56,479 nt of DNA. Origin: an uncultured virus (IMG/VR IMGVR_UViG_3300001041_000009). Taxonomy: Duplodnaviria; Heunggongvirae; Uroviricota; Caudoviricetes. Positions within the stretch are counted from its first letter, which is position 1. Each line of letters opens with the position of its first letter. The notes beneath the pieces were generated by a model. That model was not told the origin of the DNA. It did not search any database and worked only from the letters and a program-made list of their open reading frames with translations. Where the stretch lies: positions 62,001 through 118,479 of the IMG/VR virus record IMGVR_UViG_3300001041_000009. The stretch is one strand, 5' to 3'. The translations under genes and the position numbers were made by a program. Shown piece after piece: positions 9,139-20,125 of the stretch.

Positions 9139-12100
9139 TTTAATACCAATTAAGAAGTTTATTCAAGTTAATTCATTACAAGAAATCACTGAAATCATAA
9201 TATTTGAAAAAGGTAGTATACCAACATCTGGTGGTTTACTATCTACAAATATATTCGGTGTATCTGTTAATGAACGACGAGAAACTTATGCTTATATTAA
9301 ACTAAATGGGCACTTCTTACACCCATTTGTTTATAAGTTATTAAAACGTATGAATAGAAATTTTCAATCTATTGTATATGGATCAAAGAATTTTATAATA
9401 GATAAAAATGGACAATTGGTTGAAGCTGAGGAATCTGGTGAGACTGGATTAGAATTCTTATATAAAAATTGGGAAAAAATAAACTTTGAAAAGAATGCCA
9501 GTTCTATACGTAGTGAAAGAATTGACTTGCTGAGATCGTATGATAAAGATACTTTATTTACTGAGTACTGGATTGTAGTGCCAGCATTCTATCGTGATGT
9601 TAATTTACAATCAGCAACACAGGGTAAGATTAGTCATCATGAGATCAATGATAAGTACGCTAAATTATTAAGATTCGCAACTGTGTTGAGGAACTCCAAT
9701 AATTTTGATTTTGTACTTAATGGAACTAGGGCTAAGGTTCAGGAAGTCTTAGTAGAAATTTATGATTTGCTCAAAGGTAGAATAGAAAAGAAGAATGGAT
9801 TAATTAGAAAAAATTTAATGGGTAAATCGGTTGATTTCGGATCGAGGAGTGTGGATTTACTGCACGTAGCTCCTTAATTGTCGGGAATCTCCTTAGAACT
9901 TAAACCACTTAAAGTAACAATGTTTAAGTTTGGACAATCCGCAGCCAAGATTCTATCTAATAGAATAAGGTTCAACGACTATCACACGGAAATATGGTTA
10001 TATTAATTTACCGTGAGTTAGATACATTATTGTATTGAAATGGGAGTTCAGGAATTCTTAATTTCCTGAAGATATAGTCTAGTATCCTAATGAAAATTAG
10101 GGAAGTTCATGAGAGAACTGTATAGAGTTATATTCTATATGAATAAACGAATTTCTGCACCTATATTCAAAGCAAATAAACCATCTGAGATGCAAATAGA
10201 TTTTTATCATGTTGGTATTCCTCTTGCACAAACATGTTCATTATTTACACCATTTATAATAAATTGGGTTAAAAATTTCTTCCATAGAGAATTAGAGAAG
10301 GTTGGTAATAAGTATCCTGTAAGAAATCCGGACGGTTCCATGGGATATGTGAAATTAAAAGATCCCTCATTATATTTCAACGAAGAATATCTTAAAAAAC
10401 AAATTGATAGATTCATATTTAGTGTATCCGATAGATTTACACCAATTGAACTTCCCGTCGAGGAACCTAGATCTGATGGGAAGAAATTATATATGCGATT
10501 TATAGGAAAAGATTATAAACCAGGGGTTCCTGAAACTGAATCTCCCTTAGTACAAAGGAAGGCAACTTGGTGTGATATTTTATATCAAGCGGCAGTTGAT
10601 GTTACATCAGATAAAATGGTATTCGTTACGAGATATCCTATTTCAGATTATTTCAGTAGCTTTCCTAACAAAATATCAGTCCTAAGTACCCACCAAACTA
10701 TACCGATGTTTATTGGAAATAGAGTCTATACGAATTATCCTAGGATCGATCTTAGTTTACCTAAAGAAGAAATATCCACTCTATTTGCAGATACTGTGAG
10801 TATGTCAAATTTATATCTACCTGGTTTAAACGGAGATAAAAGTTGTTGTCTCCCTTTGCTAGAAATAGCTTAGTTAAAAATCCTGTGAACGCTTAACAGG
10901 CGGTGTATGGGTATCACAATACTCATGCTAACGGTAGAAGTGAAATAAGCATTGACGAATAAGCTTCGTAAGAGAACCTAAGGTCCTGAAATATGGATAG
11001 CTGGAAATACCGTGTCAAGCTTTAATTGATTTACGAAATTCATATATTGTAAAAAAATACTTTTATACTAACTTATATATAATAAGGGGGGTTATTATGT
11101 ATAATGATGATCTAATAATTGAATCGAAAAAACATTTTGGTGTAATATATATGTTGAGAAATAATATAGATGGTAAAATTTATATTGGTCAGACAATAAA
11201 TCTACATTCACGACTTAAGGATTATAAGTATAAAAAGCTTAATAGGAAATCGAATTTATATCATATTATAAAAATAGTTAATGAATATGGATTTAATAAT
11301 TTTGATTGCAGTATAATAGACACATGCACCTCTAAAAATGAAATGAACGAAAAAGAGGTATATTGGATATCAACTTTAAAAGCAAATGATCCTAATATTG
11401 GATATAATAAGAAAACAGGTGGGGTCGGTGGAACTATGAATAGTGAGTCTAAATATAAGATGAGTGAAAGTACAAAATTATTTAGACATTCTGAACAAAC
11501 TAAACGAGATAAATCTAAACCTATAATTGCATTTAAAGATGGGTTATTTCATATATTCCAAGGAGCGAAGTCATTTGCTGATTCAATAGATAGTAATAAA
11601 AGTTCTGTAACTCATGCGGTTCGATTTGGACGTATTATTCAAGGATATTTTGTATTCTATTGTGATAAAAATTCCCGTAATGAAATATTGATTAAAATAG
11701 AGTCTAAACTAAATGATACACCCAAAATAAAAACCCCCATGTTAAAATTACAATATGTGAAAATATGTAAATTAATTAGAGAAGATGTAGAGACTAACGA
11801 AAATTACTATCATATAATTATATAGTAGTTAGTAGTGTACTGACTAATTTGTGGGTTAGTTGGGAAGTGCAGGACACCTAATTAATAATTTATTATTATA
11901 CGGTGAAGATATAGTCCATGCCATATGAAAATATGGAGTTTACATGTACGACGGTCATTGTATTGCCGTATTTTCCTTAACTGTCGGGAAACTCCTTATA
12001 GCTTCTTTAATGGAAGATTGGACAATCCGCAGCCAAGTCTCTTATATAAGAGAAAGGTTCAACGACTAGAAGTAATTCGTAGATATAGTTATATATCGAA

Positions 12101-12378
12101 ATGGGAAAACAATAGATTTATTCTATTGAAGAGATAGTCTAATATCCTATATTAATATAGGGAAGTTCATAAGAGAACTGTATGGATTAAATATCTATAT
12201 GAATATTTTGGATCAGGTTACAGTAAAGGGTTTATTTAGTCAAGAAGCTAATAAAGAAGCTATTGAAATTATGACATCTAAAGCTCATATTCTAAATATC
12301 GCTGGTAGTAATATGAGAAAGACAACCAATGAGGGTGTTCATACACTATATATGATGACACGTTTCGAAAATGATTAA
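9128..12378 (+). CDS. Phage multisubunit RNA polymerase beta' N-terminal/catalytic subunit, 4 exons (9128-9852, 10150-10837, 11947-11955, 12211-12378; 529 aa)
   Basis: Spliced product reads GLIRKNLMGKSVDFGSRSV|ISAP, TRYP, and LNGD|YDG|DQVTV (NADFDGD equivalent). Confidence 0.92.
9853..10149 (+). ncRNA. Group I intron (no ORF, 297 nt)
   Basis: P1 GUGU/GCAC with U.G; core TTAATTGTCGGGAA, AATCCGCAGC, GTTCAACGACTA, AAGATATAGTC; terminal G; splicing restores frame. Confidence 0.92.
10838..11946 (+). mobile_element. Group I intron with GIY-YIG homing endonuclease
   Basis: P1 GGAGAU/GUCUCC; core GCTAACGGTAGAA, AATACCGTG, GTAGAGACTA, AAGATATAGTCC; ends ..TACATG. Confidence 0.9.
11097..11825 (+). 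CDS. Intron-encoded GIY-YIG homing endonuclease
   Basis: GVIYMLRN..KIYIGQT..R, E..WI, GYNKKTGG; 3' end overlaps intron P7. Confidence 0.92.
   Translation: MYNDDLIIESKKHFGVIYMLRNNIDGKIYIGQTINLHSRLKDYKYKKLNRKSNLYHIIKIVNEYGFNNFDCSIIDTCTSKNEMNEKEVYWISTLKANDPNIGYNKKTGGVGGTMNSESKYKMSESTKLFRHSEQTKRDKSKPIIAFKDGLFHIFQGAKSFADSIDSNKSSVTHAVRFGRIIQGYFVFYCDKNSRNEILIKIESKLNDTPKIKTPMLKLQYVKICKLIREDVETNENYYHIII
11956..12210 (+). ncRNA. Group I intron (no ORF, 255 nt)
   Basis: P1 ACGGU/GCCGU; P/Q/R/S elements present; ends ..TATTTTG before GAT CAG (DQ). Confidence 0.92.
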
Positions 12379-12418
12379 TGAGATAGAGCTATGTGTAAAA
12401 CATAGCTCTATCTCATTA
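12376..12418. terminator. 19-bp hairpin terminator
   Basis: TAATGAGATAGAGCTATGT..ACATAGCTCTATCTCATTA at the RNAP stop. Confidence 0.7.
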
Positions 12419-13137
12419 TCGTATTTTAAGATAATTAAAATATATATTATACTAATATAAGTATTATAAAATAAGAAAGGATGGTTATAATGTGTCACCA
12501 CAATAATAGTTAACAGAAATGAAGGTGATTATATAGCAAAGCCTTATTATTAACCCTTATCACTAACCTACTATATTATATATAGAAAGGTGGTGAGGCC
12601 CCTCTTAAGTTTGTAACGATACTTAATTAAAGTATTATACAATTCTTACTAGGGAAGGTGGTGAAAAGCTGCATATATTATAATTAATATGTGGAGTTTC
12701 TAACCTCTATACTAATCGTATAAATATCATTTATTCAATTTACTGAGTAGGAAGGGTATATAGTTTAGAGATTGTAATATAAAGTTGTTTAGACGTAGAT
12801 AAATATTTGATATTTAAGACATAATTACTGAACGTGTAGAAGGAAATATAACATAGTTGTTGACGCTCTATATCATGTACAAAATATGTTAGTTTCTTAG
12901 TTTGATATAGAAAACTGATGGTGTGTTTGCCCGCGTATCTACTTATAATATATGTAGCCCTCTATGGATGAAGGCGAAGATATTATTTTAGAAGGCGATA
13001 CTATCGGAGGATTTGAGTAAACTTTAATATTACTCAAATAAAAATGGTTAAAAGTGTTTTAGGTATTTAATACATATTTTCATTAAGATGAGAATATCTA
13101 TTAACAATTTAAATGACCATTATTGGCTTAAACATAA

Positions 13138-13181
13138 AAGAAACCCCATATGTGTATGAGATTACACATATGGGGTTTCTT
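13138..13181. terminator. 19-bp hairpin, bidirectional terminator
   Basis: AAGAAACCCCATATGTGTA..TACACATATGGGGTTTCTT. Confidence 0.7.
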
Positions 13182-13186
13182 TAGTA

Positions 13187-13543
13187 TTATTTTTTTTCTA
13201 TGGCATCGGGTTCAGGTTTTTTGCGCTGGTTGGTGGGTTGTGCGATTGCGATAACCGGTTTAATCTCTTCGATTACAGGAACCACTTCCACTTTTGTCTC
13301 CACGATAGGTTCAACAATCTCTTCGATCACGTCTGGAGTGATTTTGGCATCGAAGTTTTTAGTGTTCAGGACCACTTCAGATCCATCAGAAAGAACCTCA
13401 ACAACTTTTATGTTGCGGGTAATCATGATGAAGATGGTACGAACATCCTCCATATATGGAGTCAGGATTGGACCTGAAATTCCTCCCTTTGGATATATAA
13501 TATCATTAGAGAGGACTTTAACCATTTTATTAGTAACTTTCAT
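13187..13543 (-). CDS. Hypothetical (probable virion) protein
   Basis: Likely start MKVTNK at 13543 after AAGGGG. Confidence 0.55.
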   Translation of the reverse strand: MKVTNKMVKVLSNDIIYPKGGISGPILTPYMEDVRTIFIMITRNIKVVEVLSDGSEVVLNTKNFDAKITPDVIEEIVEPIVETKVEVVPVIEEIKPVIAIAQPTNQRKKPEPDAIEKK

Positions 13544-13568
13544 TTTATATTCAAACCCCTTTCCGTAA

Positions 13569-13814
13569 TTATATTTTTCCTTCAGGTATATATTGTTCTT
13601 CGAGTGTAGCCAGATCGATATCCTCAGCATCTCCATACTCGGGGATTTTATCAATCAGTTTAGTAATTTCAGGATCATCTTCAGCACCATCCATTAAATC
13701 ATCATTTAAGAATATATCTCGTATATCATCATCAGTAGTATGTTTAATTGTAGCTTCAGTGACAAATTCTCTGTTTTGATTCTCTCTGATACTTTTTTTA
13801 AGATTATTTAACAT
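13569..13814 (-). CDS. Small acidic hypothetical protein
   Basis: 81 aa, GAGGTG RBS. Confidence 0.6.
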   Translation of the reverse strand: MLNNLKKSIRENQNREFVTEATIKHTTDDDIRDIFLNDDLMDGAEDDPEITKLIDKIPEYGDAEDIDLATLEEQYIPEGKI

Positions 13815-13870
13815 AATATAATCACCTCACATAATTCACTTATTTATTTAAATGTTTTAGAAAAAAATAA

Positions 13871-15061
13871 CTAATTCGCCATGAATTTATTATAGTACAC
13901 ACGGAGAATAAATAATAGCATAGGAATTAGAATGAATGAATTTAAATCGTACTCAATATAATCGTTCTCAGCCAATGGTCCCATATCAAATGTATCGATA
14001 ACATTCACATTATTATTAAAATAATCAATAATTGTTTTATAACTAACCTTATCTGATGGTATACTATTGATTATGCTATTAATAAGTATATCATCAATAT
14101 ATGGCAAACCAATATCTGAGAAATATATACTCTTTACATATACGTCATTATAGTACCTGAATATAGATGATGTATTAGCTACACTACCAGTTGCATAATT
14201 AATATGCTCTGGAATCATACTCTTTTTATTTTTTTCTAAAATGTGATAAAATGACTTATCGTATTCAAGAGGAAATTTATGATTGTCATCCTCATTTACT
14301 AAAAACAATGTATCATATTCATATCGTTCATTAAATAACTGATGTTTATTAATAAAGAATGTTAGATATTTATCATAGTATTTTATATGGCTGATTTCAT
14401 CAATATACATAAAACTGTTATATCTTATATTATAGAACAATATTTTATATTTTTCACAGATTTCTTTATACATTTCATTCATAAGAATAATTTTCTCGTA
14501 TATATCAGATCGAATTATACATTTCTCCTGCGTTCCTATATTAGTTAGAACACAGTTATATACTTCTTCAACCTGTAATAATAATTGATTTTTAATATCG
14601 GGTGTTAACGATCTAATAACAAATGAAATCTTATAATAGTTATTACTCTTAATGGTATCATAATTAACAGTTGTTACCATAAATAAATAATTACTATCTA
14701 GATATGTTATCGTAAAACAATCATTAGGAAGTGGCCGTATGGTATTAGGTAATATAACTACTTCACCATCATATGAAGTATCTAGGCCTATTTCGTCATC
14801 TGTTAAATCTAGCAGAATTGTATCAAGTCCATAAATTGGAAGATCATCAATTCGCTTAAATCGTATAGGAGAATTATAATCAATAATACGCTCCACATTT
14901 AAAAAACCTGTATCTGTTATAGATGTAATATTATTTATATTGTAATACGTTATAAATGTAGGGGTTTTATCTAGAAATCTTGAGTATTGAGAATTCATCC
15001 TCTCTTCATATTTAAAGATGTTATTGTTTATAAACCTTTTTTCATCAATTAAATGTCCCAT
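13871..15061 (-). CDS. Probable virion structural protein
   Basis: 396 aa; late motif at 15091..15102. Confidence 0.5.
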   Translation of the reverse strand: MGHLIDEKRFINNNIFKYEERMNSQYSRFLDKTPTFITYYNINNITSITDTGFLNVERIIDYNSPIRFKRIDDLPIYGLDTILLDLTDDEIGLDTSYDGEVVILPNTIRPLPNDCFTITYLDSNYLFMVTTVNYDTIKSNNYYKISFVIRSLTPDIKNQLLLQVEEVYNCVLTNIGTQEKCIIRSDIYEKIILMNEMYKEICEKYKILFYNIRYNSFMYIDEISHIKYYDKYLTFFINKHQLFNERYEYDTLFLVNEDDNHKFPLEYDKSFYHILEKNKKSMIPEHINYATGSVANTSSIFRYYNDVYVKSIYFSDIGLPYIDDILINSIINSIPSDKVSYKTIIDYFNNNVNVIDTFDMGPLAENDYIEYDLNSFILIPMLLFILRVYYNKFMAN

Positions 15062-15212
15062 AAATATACACCACCTATTTTAGTTATTATTAGTTAATTG
15101 TTAGAGGTAAAGATATATAACCAATACTTATAAAATAGTATAATTAATCTTCATGTGGTAATGAATTAAACATAATATTAAAATAACATAATACAAAGGA
15201 GTTGAAGTTAAA

Positions 15213-15653
15213 ATGGATAAAATAATTCTTATTGGTGGTGTACCATTTAAAGCTGTAGAAAATCCTGATGGAACGCATTCTGCGGCAGCTATATTAGACG
15301 GAACTGATGCTACTGGTGTATCACAAGCAACTGGGGGTACTGGAGCCAGAGGATGGTTATCTAGTATATATAGAGCATTATGTGGTAGTACGTCATTAAC
15401 TGGGGCATTAAAATTAGTCACTACTGCTGGAACCAGAACTCAATTACCTAATATACCATGTCGGGAGGTAACTGTTATCGGTTTGGATACTAATACAGGA
15501 AGTGTCTTCGCCGGTGGAGTAAATGTTTCATTGGCTGTTTATGGGGTGAAGCTTGGTGCCAAGGAAGCATTCACATTTGCTGTAGCCAATGCTAATCAAA
15601 TCTATATTGATTCATCTATAAGTGGGGAGGGAGTCAGTTATGTCGCAATCTAG
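15213..15653 (+). CDS. Probable tail/virion protein
   Basis: Gly/Ala/Thr-rich, beta-rich; late motif at 15169..15180. Confidence 0.5.
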   Translation: MDKIILIGGVPFKAVENPDGTHSAAAILDGTDATGVSQATGGTGARGWLSSIYRALCGSTSLTGALKLVTTAGTRTQLPNIPCREVTVIGLDTNTGSVFAGGVNVSLAVYGVKLGAKEAFTFAVANANQIYIDSSISGEGVSYVAI

Positions 15654-17802
15654 GTATGATCCAAGTGCTGGTATTAAGAAAGATCTTATGACGTATAAGG
15701 CAGAGAATGTGCAGGAGTTAGCAACAAAAGCACGTCAAGTAGACTTGGATTTAGAAAGCGCAAGAATAACAAATCTTGCAACACTTTCGGCAGGAAGCAC
15801 TACTGGAGATGCTGAGTTAATTGACGGTAGAGTTGGTGCAGACGGAGCAACCTATGCAAATATAGGAACCTCAATAAGAGGGCAGATTGGCAAAATAGAT
15901 AATTTAGTTGGCGATAAGTTGTCTGGCACAGCAACCGAATCTTATGCTGATTTAACAATTGGCACGTTTAACGATGCTGATGGTTCAGAAGTTGTGTCAA
16001 ACATAAGGGCTAGGGTGATACTTGAGTCCGAATTCGTCGCTAACCTGTCCTGCAAGCTAGGTTATCAGTTTCTTATAAAAGGGTGTGATATAAAGGGAAC
16101 TGCTATTACAACAATAGGTGGATGGATTGCGTCGAACGCTGTGTATATAAACCCGTTAAGCCATAAATATTTATACATTATAGTAAAAGATAATAGTGAT
16201 GCGGATATAACTGGGATTGATTTAGATAGCATTTTAAGTGTTATAAGTCATAACACAGTTATATTGTCAAGGGTTGAAACTACTGTTAGGTATGGTGGGG
16301 ATGTCATAAGTGCTTATGCTAATCTGATAACTGGTAATATTGATGCTACTGGTAATAAGTTTATTATCAATACGAGGGCATTTATTGTGCTTCCCACGTA
16401 TAATCTAAGCGGATTTGAGGCGGCAACTGGTTTTCAGCTTGTCGTGAATGCTAATAACGATGGGTATGGACAGCCTTTTGAATTTATACAAGATTGGTGT
16501 ACGGAATACGCTTTTGATAGTGATTACCTATATGTCGCAGTTATTATTAAGGCGATTGACGGTAGTAATGTTACAAATTTAACGTCAAGTCTTACTGTAA
16601 ATTATTATTCTGAGAAAAGAAAACTTGCAGCATATGGAGAAGTGCAAGCACTTTCGCAAGAACTATCACTACAAGGGAATGGACAATACATCGGTAAAAA
16701 TATTTTGTGGTTAGGAACATCAATTCCTGAACAAGGGCACCCTATCCTAGTCGGTACGGCAATTGGAGCAACCGTGACTAATAAAGCTGTCGGTTCGTCA
16801 ATGATGCGTATAGGTGGTTCTGTTTATGATACCTCTGAGTTGGGTGATGACCTTGGAATAACTGGTCTATGGATGGCAAATGTACTGCGTACATTATCAA
16901 TGACACAGGAAGAACGTAGGCGGTTGTTTGATTGCTGGAAAACAACGGATCGTAAAGCCTATCTTATAGCAAAGGGTTATACTGAAGGAGAAGTAACAAG
17001 TGTTATTGGCTATGGGGATATGCTTGCAGATACATATGTTAGTGTAGACCCTGTAACACCTGTTATAGGGATTCCGGCTTTAAAACCAATTGACGTTTAT
17101 GCGAATAATGGTGCAACATATAATAGTATGCGATGGTTGGCATATTCTTACTGTTGGGATGATTCCATGGATATCGAAGGTGATTTAAGCATAACTGGGA
17201 AAATCACAGGTGCTATGCTTGGACGTATTGAGTCATACATTGCTACTTCGGATGCAATTGTTTTCGAGCATTTTAGGAATGATGCCACAGGAGACGCTTC
17301 TGCTTTAACCTATACTAGCGTCCCAGCAACTTCAAATGATAGGCATTATGCTGTGGGTGCGTTTATTTATCTGGTACAACAAATACGTTTACGTAAACCA
17401 CGAATAAAAATACTAATGGTTGGGCATTACGACAATGACGACAGTAGATATCAGTTAGGACATGTTTGGGAAGCAGAGGAAACGGCATCTAATTACTTTG
17501 GATTTCCACTTTATAAGCTATGGGAAGAAAGTGACGTAAGGGCAAGGACACAAATTACAACCACTGGATATTGGGATGTGTCTCATGTATGGCACGATAC
17601 AGGTTATAACGGGTCGAATCATGTGGGTTCAAATCTTGAAAATCTAAACGAAAACCCTCGTCAAGTTGATGGTGTGTGGGTGCATGACTTATCACTTCGG
17701 CAAATATGGATGTACGACGATATACATCCAATGTCCGATTCCTGTAAACAGCACTTTGCAGGCTTGATTTCAGCATGGATGAAAACCCAATCTATATTGT
17801 AG
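15622..17802 (+). CDS. Tail fibre/spike-like protein with C-terminal SGNH-like esterase
   Basis: GSTTGDAELIDGRVGADG tail motif; ILWLGTSI (block I), NKAVGSS, DDIHP (block V); higher GC than flanks. Confidence 0.65.
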   Translation: MGRESVMSQSRYDPSAGIKKDLMTYKAENVQELATKARQVDLDLESARITNLATLSAGSTTGDAELIDGRVGADGATYANIGTSIRGQIGKIDNLVGDKLSGTATESYADLTIGTFNDADGSEVVSNIRARVILESEFVANLSCKLGYQFLIKGCDIKGTAITTIGGWIASNAVYINPLSHKYLYIIVKDNSDADITGIDLDSILSVISHNTVILSRVETTVRYGGDVISAYANLITGNIDATGNKFIINTRAFIVLPTYNLSGFEAATGFQLVVNANNDGYGQPFEFIQDWCTEYAFDSDYLYVAVIIKAIDGSNVTNLTSSLTVNYYSEKRKLAAYGEVQALSQELSLQGNGQYIGKNILWLGTSIPEQGHPILVGTAIGATVTNKAVGSSMMRIGGSVYDTSELGDDLGITGLWMANVLRTLSMTQEERRRLFDCWKTTDRKAYLIAKGYTEGEVTSVIGYGDMLADTYVSVDPVTPVIGIPALKPIDVYANNGATYNSMRWLAYSYCWDDSMDIEGDLSITGKITGAMLGRIESYIATSDAIVFEHFRNDATGDASALTYTSVPATSNDRHYAVGAFIYLVQQIRLRKPRIKILMVGHYDNDDSRYQLGHVWEAEETASNYFGFPLYKLWEESDVRARTQITTTGYWDVSHVWHDTGYNGSNHVGSNLENLNENPRQVDGVWVHDLSLRQIWMYDDIHPMSDSCKQHFAGLISAWMKTQSIL

Positions 17803-17867
17803 TCACAGACAAAGATGATCAATTTAAACTCTAGATAAAACAAAATTATCTAGAGTTTATTCTAATA

Positions 17868-18116
17868 TTGGGAGGTAATAATATGAGTTCTATCGAATCC
17901 CTAACAGAGTATTTAAAAAAACTAGATAGTAAAAAGGAAAACCCGTTTACATTTCGTTTAAGCTCATGTTTTTTAAGTGGTTCAAATTGCAGTTGTTGTG
18001 GTGCATATAAAAATGGTAGATGCACTTATCACGATAATGATAAATCTGAAATTGTCTTAACTAAAGCAATTGAGATATTAGGATTAGAAAATGTATTAAG
18101 TGTGTGCAGATTATAA
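17868..18116 (+). CDS. Small Cys-rich hypothetical protein
   Basis: 82-aa ORF, GGAGG RBS. Confidence 0.5.
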   Translation: MGGNNMSSIESLTEYLKKLDSKKENPFTFRLSSCFLSGSNCSCCGAYKNGRCTYHDNDKSEIVLTKAIEILGLENVLSVCRL

Positions 18117-18137
18117 GAGCCGAAAGGCTCTTTTATT

Positions 18138-18320
18138 ATGGGAAGGTGGGTGAAAAATATTTTGAGCAATAAAAAAATGCAAGAATATTGTTATGCCAAA
18201 AAAGATGTGAAATGTCCGAAACAGGGTGAATATTCACGACGAGGAATTTGTTTATCATGTGAGCATTGTCCCAAAATAATATGGTTTGGTTGCGGAATAC
18301 CTGCAGGAATTGGTGACTAA
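18138..18320 (+). CDS. Small Cys-rich hypothetical protein
   Basis: 60-aa ORF, CLSCEHC. Confidence 0.45.
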   Translation: MGRWVKNILSNKKMQEYCYAKKDVKCPKQGEYSRRGICLSCEHCPKIIWFGCGIPAGIGD

Positions 18321-18729
18321 CTCTGTAAATTCAGATCCATCTTTGGTAGATTTAATGTCGTAGTTGACGCATTATACGACATAATTAATAAATTGTCAAA
18401 TCGTGAATTATTAGTTACTTTCGTGATAACAAATTATTAATTATTTGATAACGAAAGGAAGTAATGATATGATGAATGAATTAATTTTAAACATTTATAA
18501 AGAAGAGATTTTTAATAATATATACGATAAAAATAAATATTTATCTATTGATCCAAGCAATATGGGTTGCATTTGACGGCATTAGTATGGTATACTCTTA
18601 CTAGAAATAGGAAGGAGTTGTGCCATACTATGCCGTCCCTTTATCTTGATTTACTCAAACTTGAGATTTTAGAGAATTTTCCTGAATTGAATACAGATTT
18701 GCAAGTAAATACATTAACTGGTATATTAA

Positions 18730-18880
18730 ATAAATACAATATCTCCATCCTGTCGTGTTAGTAGTACTTGTTAGATACCACAATAACTTAACCGTTAAGG
18801 TTCTTTAAACCGTCCGACCAACGGCGAAATCTCTATTTACGTTAGTTAATAAAGATCCTTTAAATGACTTATAAATATTA
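18730..18880 (-). ncRNA. Putative TnpB omegaRNA (scaffold overlapping tnpB 3' end plus guide)
   Basis: ~133-nt block 18748..18880 repeated at 27429..27561 with an abrupt divergence after ..AACACGACAGGA. Confidence 0.7.
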
Positions 18881-20037
18881 ATAGAAGCATTGTTATCCCT
18901 ACCATCTATATGTCCGCATATTGGACAATTAAAGATTCTTTGAGATAACTTTAACTTAGTTTTAAGTTTATGATTACATTCAGAGCATGTAATGGTACTA
19001 TTAGGTAATGCTAAAATATATTCACTACCATAAAAGTGACATTTATATTTTAACACCTGTGTAAACATAAAGTCACCAACTCTGTGTATACCTCTATTTA
19101 TACGCGTATTACCATCGGACTCTGTTAATAACTCTTTAAAACTAAACTCATCAACTATTACGTTTCTATAAGTCTTAGCTAAGAATGTAGATACCTTCTG
19201 AATATAATCCATTCTGATATTCACTATTTTGACGTGAATATCATTAAGTTTGGTTCTCGCTTTTATATAGTTCTTTGATGGGTTACGTTTATCATACTTC
19301 TTTTTAGAAACTATTACTGAGAGTTTATCAACTTTCTTCTCTAGTTTCTTAATAATTCCCTTCGGAAATTTAGGATTTATGATATCGTTTCCATCAAAAC
19401 AAACTACTGGATTATGTATTCCTAAATCTATACCTACCATATTTTTCTTATGTTTATGCTTTGGGATATCTATTTCATAAGTGAATGATACATAATATTT
19501 AAAATTCTTCATACTAATAGTCATTGTTTTTATATCATAGTGATATAAAAAGCTTATATCTTCAAAAGTTTTCAATGGCATGTGACCGTATTCTCTATTA
19601 ATAATAAAAGAGAATAACTTCTTATCAATAATTTTAACATTACCTTTATTCGTCTTGTATATTCTAAAAGAACCATTTCCATGAATCTTTCTTTTAAAAT
19701 GTAATTTACATCGTTTCTTGTCTTTAATATCTTTAAAGAACTTATTAATAGCTATATTAAAATCACTAGCCACTTCATTCTTTATTGACTTATTATACTC
19801 TTGAGTCCATTCAAATCCCGGTTCCTTTTCTTTCTTAGAGTATATATGAGTAATATAATCAAACTTATCAAAGAACTTCTTTAATGTTTTATCAATAATA
19901 TTACCATTATGCTCTAAAAGGGTATTAAAATATTCTAAAGCATTATTGTATATGAATCTTCTATATCCAAAGCATTTGTTTAAATATATCTCTTGTTCTT
20001 TAGTTGGTCGTATTCTCGTTTTAAAAGTCTTAATCAT
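18805..20037 (-). CDS. tnpB: TnpB RNA-guided endonuclease (free-standing, no tnpA)
   Basis: KTFKTRIRPTKEQ HTH; RuvC GIDLG / VDE / RDNNASINI; CSEC..CPICG zinc finger. Confidence 0.93.
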   Translation of the reverse strand: MIKTFKTRIRPTKEQEIYLNKCFGYRRFIYNNALEYFNTLLEHNGNIIDKTLKKFFDKFDYITHIYSKKEKEPGFEWTQEYNKSIKNEVASDFNIAINKFFKDIKDKKRCKLHFKRKIHGNGSFRIYKTNKGNVKIIDKKLFSFIINREYGHMPLKTFEDISFLYHYDIKTMTISMKNFKYYVSFTYEIDIPKHKHKKNMVGIDLGIHNPVVCFDGNDIINPKFPKGIIKKLEKKVDKLSVIVSKKKYDKRNPSKNYIKARTKLNDIHVKIVNIRMDYIQKVSTFLAKTYRNVIVDEFSFKELLTESDGNTRINRGIHRVGDFMFTQVLKYKCHFYGSEYILALPNSTITCSECNHKLKTKLKLSQRIFNCPICGHIDGRDNNASINIYKSFKGSLLTNVNRDFAVGRTV

Positions 20038-20125
20038 TTATCTTCACCCCCTTTCTTATATTATTTGTTATAAGTATAATAATATCTTATTAGGAATGAA
20101 TTATTAAGACTACTGATTAAGTTAT

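Noticed and set aside
11925..12137. 70-aa ORF in the ORF track
   Set aside because: Spans two intron ends and the micro-exon; spurious
9128..12378. Stop-codon reassignment, inteins or sequencing errors as the cause of fragmented RNAP, terL and gp226-like ORFs
   Set aside because: Every gap has group I P/Q/R/S elements and a U.G P1; all nine complete introns end in G and removal restores conserved motifs in frame
18730..18749. Self-targets for the two putative guides inside this window
   Set aside because: No match noticed by eye; an exhaustive search could not be run
18567..18761. 64-aa ORF vaguely like the N-terminus of clostridial phage integrases, antisense to guide 1
   Set aside because: Resemblance is weak and the ORF runs into the omegaRNA block; cannot be supported without a search
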